DNA from: a virus
Lineage: Duplodnaviria; Heunggongvirae; Uroviricota; Caudoviricetes
DNA length: 6,911 nucleotides
Direction: 5' to 3' (one strand)
Virus record (IMG/VR): IMGVR_UViG_3300014519_000020
The translations under genes were made by a program, and so were the position numbers. Under the pieces are notes generated by a model that was not told where the DNA came from, did not search any database, and saw only the letters and a program-made list of their open reading frames with translations. Below are positions 6,742 through 6,911 of this stretch, one piece after another. Every line of letters begins with the position of its first letter. Positions within the stretch are counted from its first letter, which is position 1.

Positions 6742-6911
6742 AACCTCACTCCCAGCGGACGACGGCGACGTCGGGTTGTCCCCAGTACCGACTCCGCATC
6801 ATTGATCGCCCGGTTAAGCTCATCCAGAGAAGCCGCCGTATATTCAATTCTGCGACCATCTTTCTGGACAGACACCACCCGTTTACCGGTTAATAAATCA
6901 AGGCGCGCCTG
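6738..6911 (-). CDS. W: Head-tail connector/head completion protein (gpW-like), C-terminal 57 codons; start lies beyond the window's right edge
   Basis: Minus-strand frame ending at TGA (6740-6738) translates to ...QARLDLLTGKRVVSVQKDGRRIEYTAASLDELNRAINDAESVLGTTRRRRRPLGVRL*, matching lambda gpW (..[48 protein letters not shown]) as I recall it. Not in the ORF track because it is truncated. Confidence 0.85.
   Translation of the reverse strand, partial: QARLDLLTGKRVVSVQKDGRRIEYTAASLDELNRAINDAESVLGTTRRRRRPLGVRL

Noticed and set aside
6554-6805. Plus-strand 83-aa ORF spanning the portal start region
   Set aside because: Antisense to the portal 5' end and the W 3' end, both of which show clear homology on the minus strand. 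Offers no alternative explanation for the in-frame stop.
1-6911. Possibility of a defence system, toxin-antitoxin pair, moron gene, tRNA or CRISPR array hidden in this window
   Set aside because: Every stretch of 60 nt or more is accounted for by a lambda-homologous structural gene on the minus strand. The only spacers are the short D-E and E-FI gaps, which hold RNA hairpins. No direct-repeat/spacer architecture and no tRNA-like cloverleaf candidates were seen.

Overview
The whole window is one contiguous, minus-strand block of lambda-like (lambdoid siphovirus) late structural genes, almost certainly part of a prophage or phage genome in an enterobacterial host. Reading in the direction of transcription (high to low coordinates) the order is W (partial), B portal, C prohead protease with a nested in-frame Nu3 scaffold start, D decoration, E major capsid, FI, FII, Z, U and V (partial). 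This is the same order as phage lambda, and the proteins are clearly homologous to it but carry many substitutions, so this is a relative of lambda rather than lambda itself. Homology calls rest on my recollection of the lambda protein sequences, not on a database search. Genes are tightly packed with overlapping stop/start codons, so there is no room for cargo genes; I see no defence system, toxin, transposase, tRNA or CRISPR array. All plus-strand ORFs in the track look like antisense artefacts. The points worth a second look are: an in-frame TAG that cuts the portal gene off from its ancestral N-terminus; a three-copy tandem repeat (about 140-150 bp) inside the scaffold (Nu3) region of gene C; a terminator-like GC hairpin with a U-tract just after the major capsid gene; and a perfect 8-bp inverted repeat between D and E. 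I do not find evidence for a novel biological system in this window.
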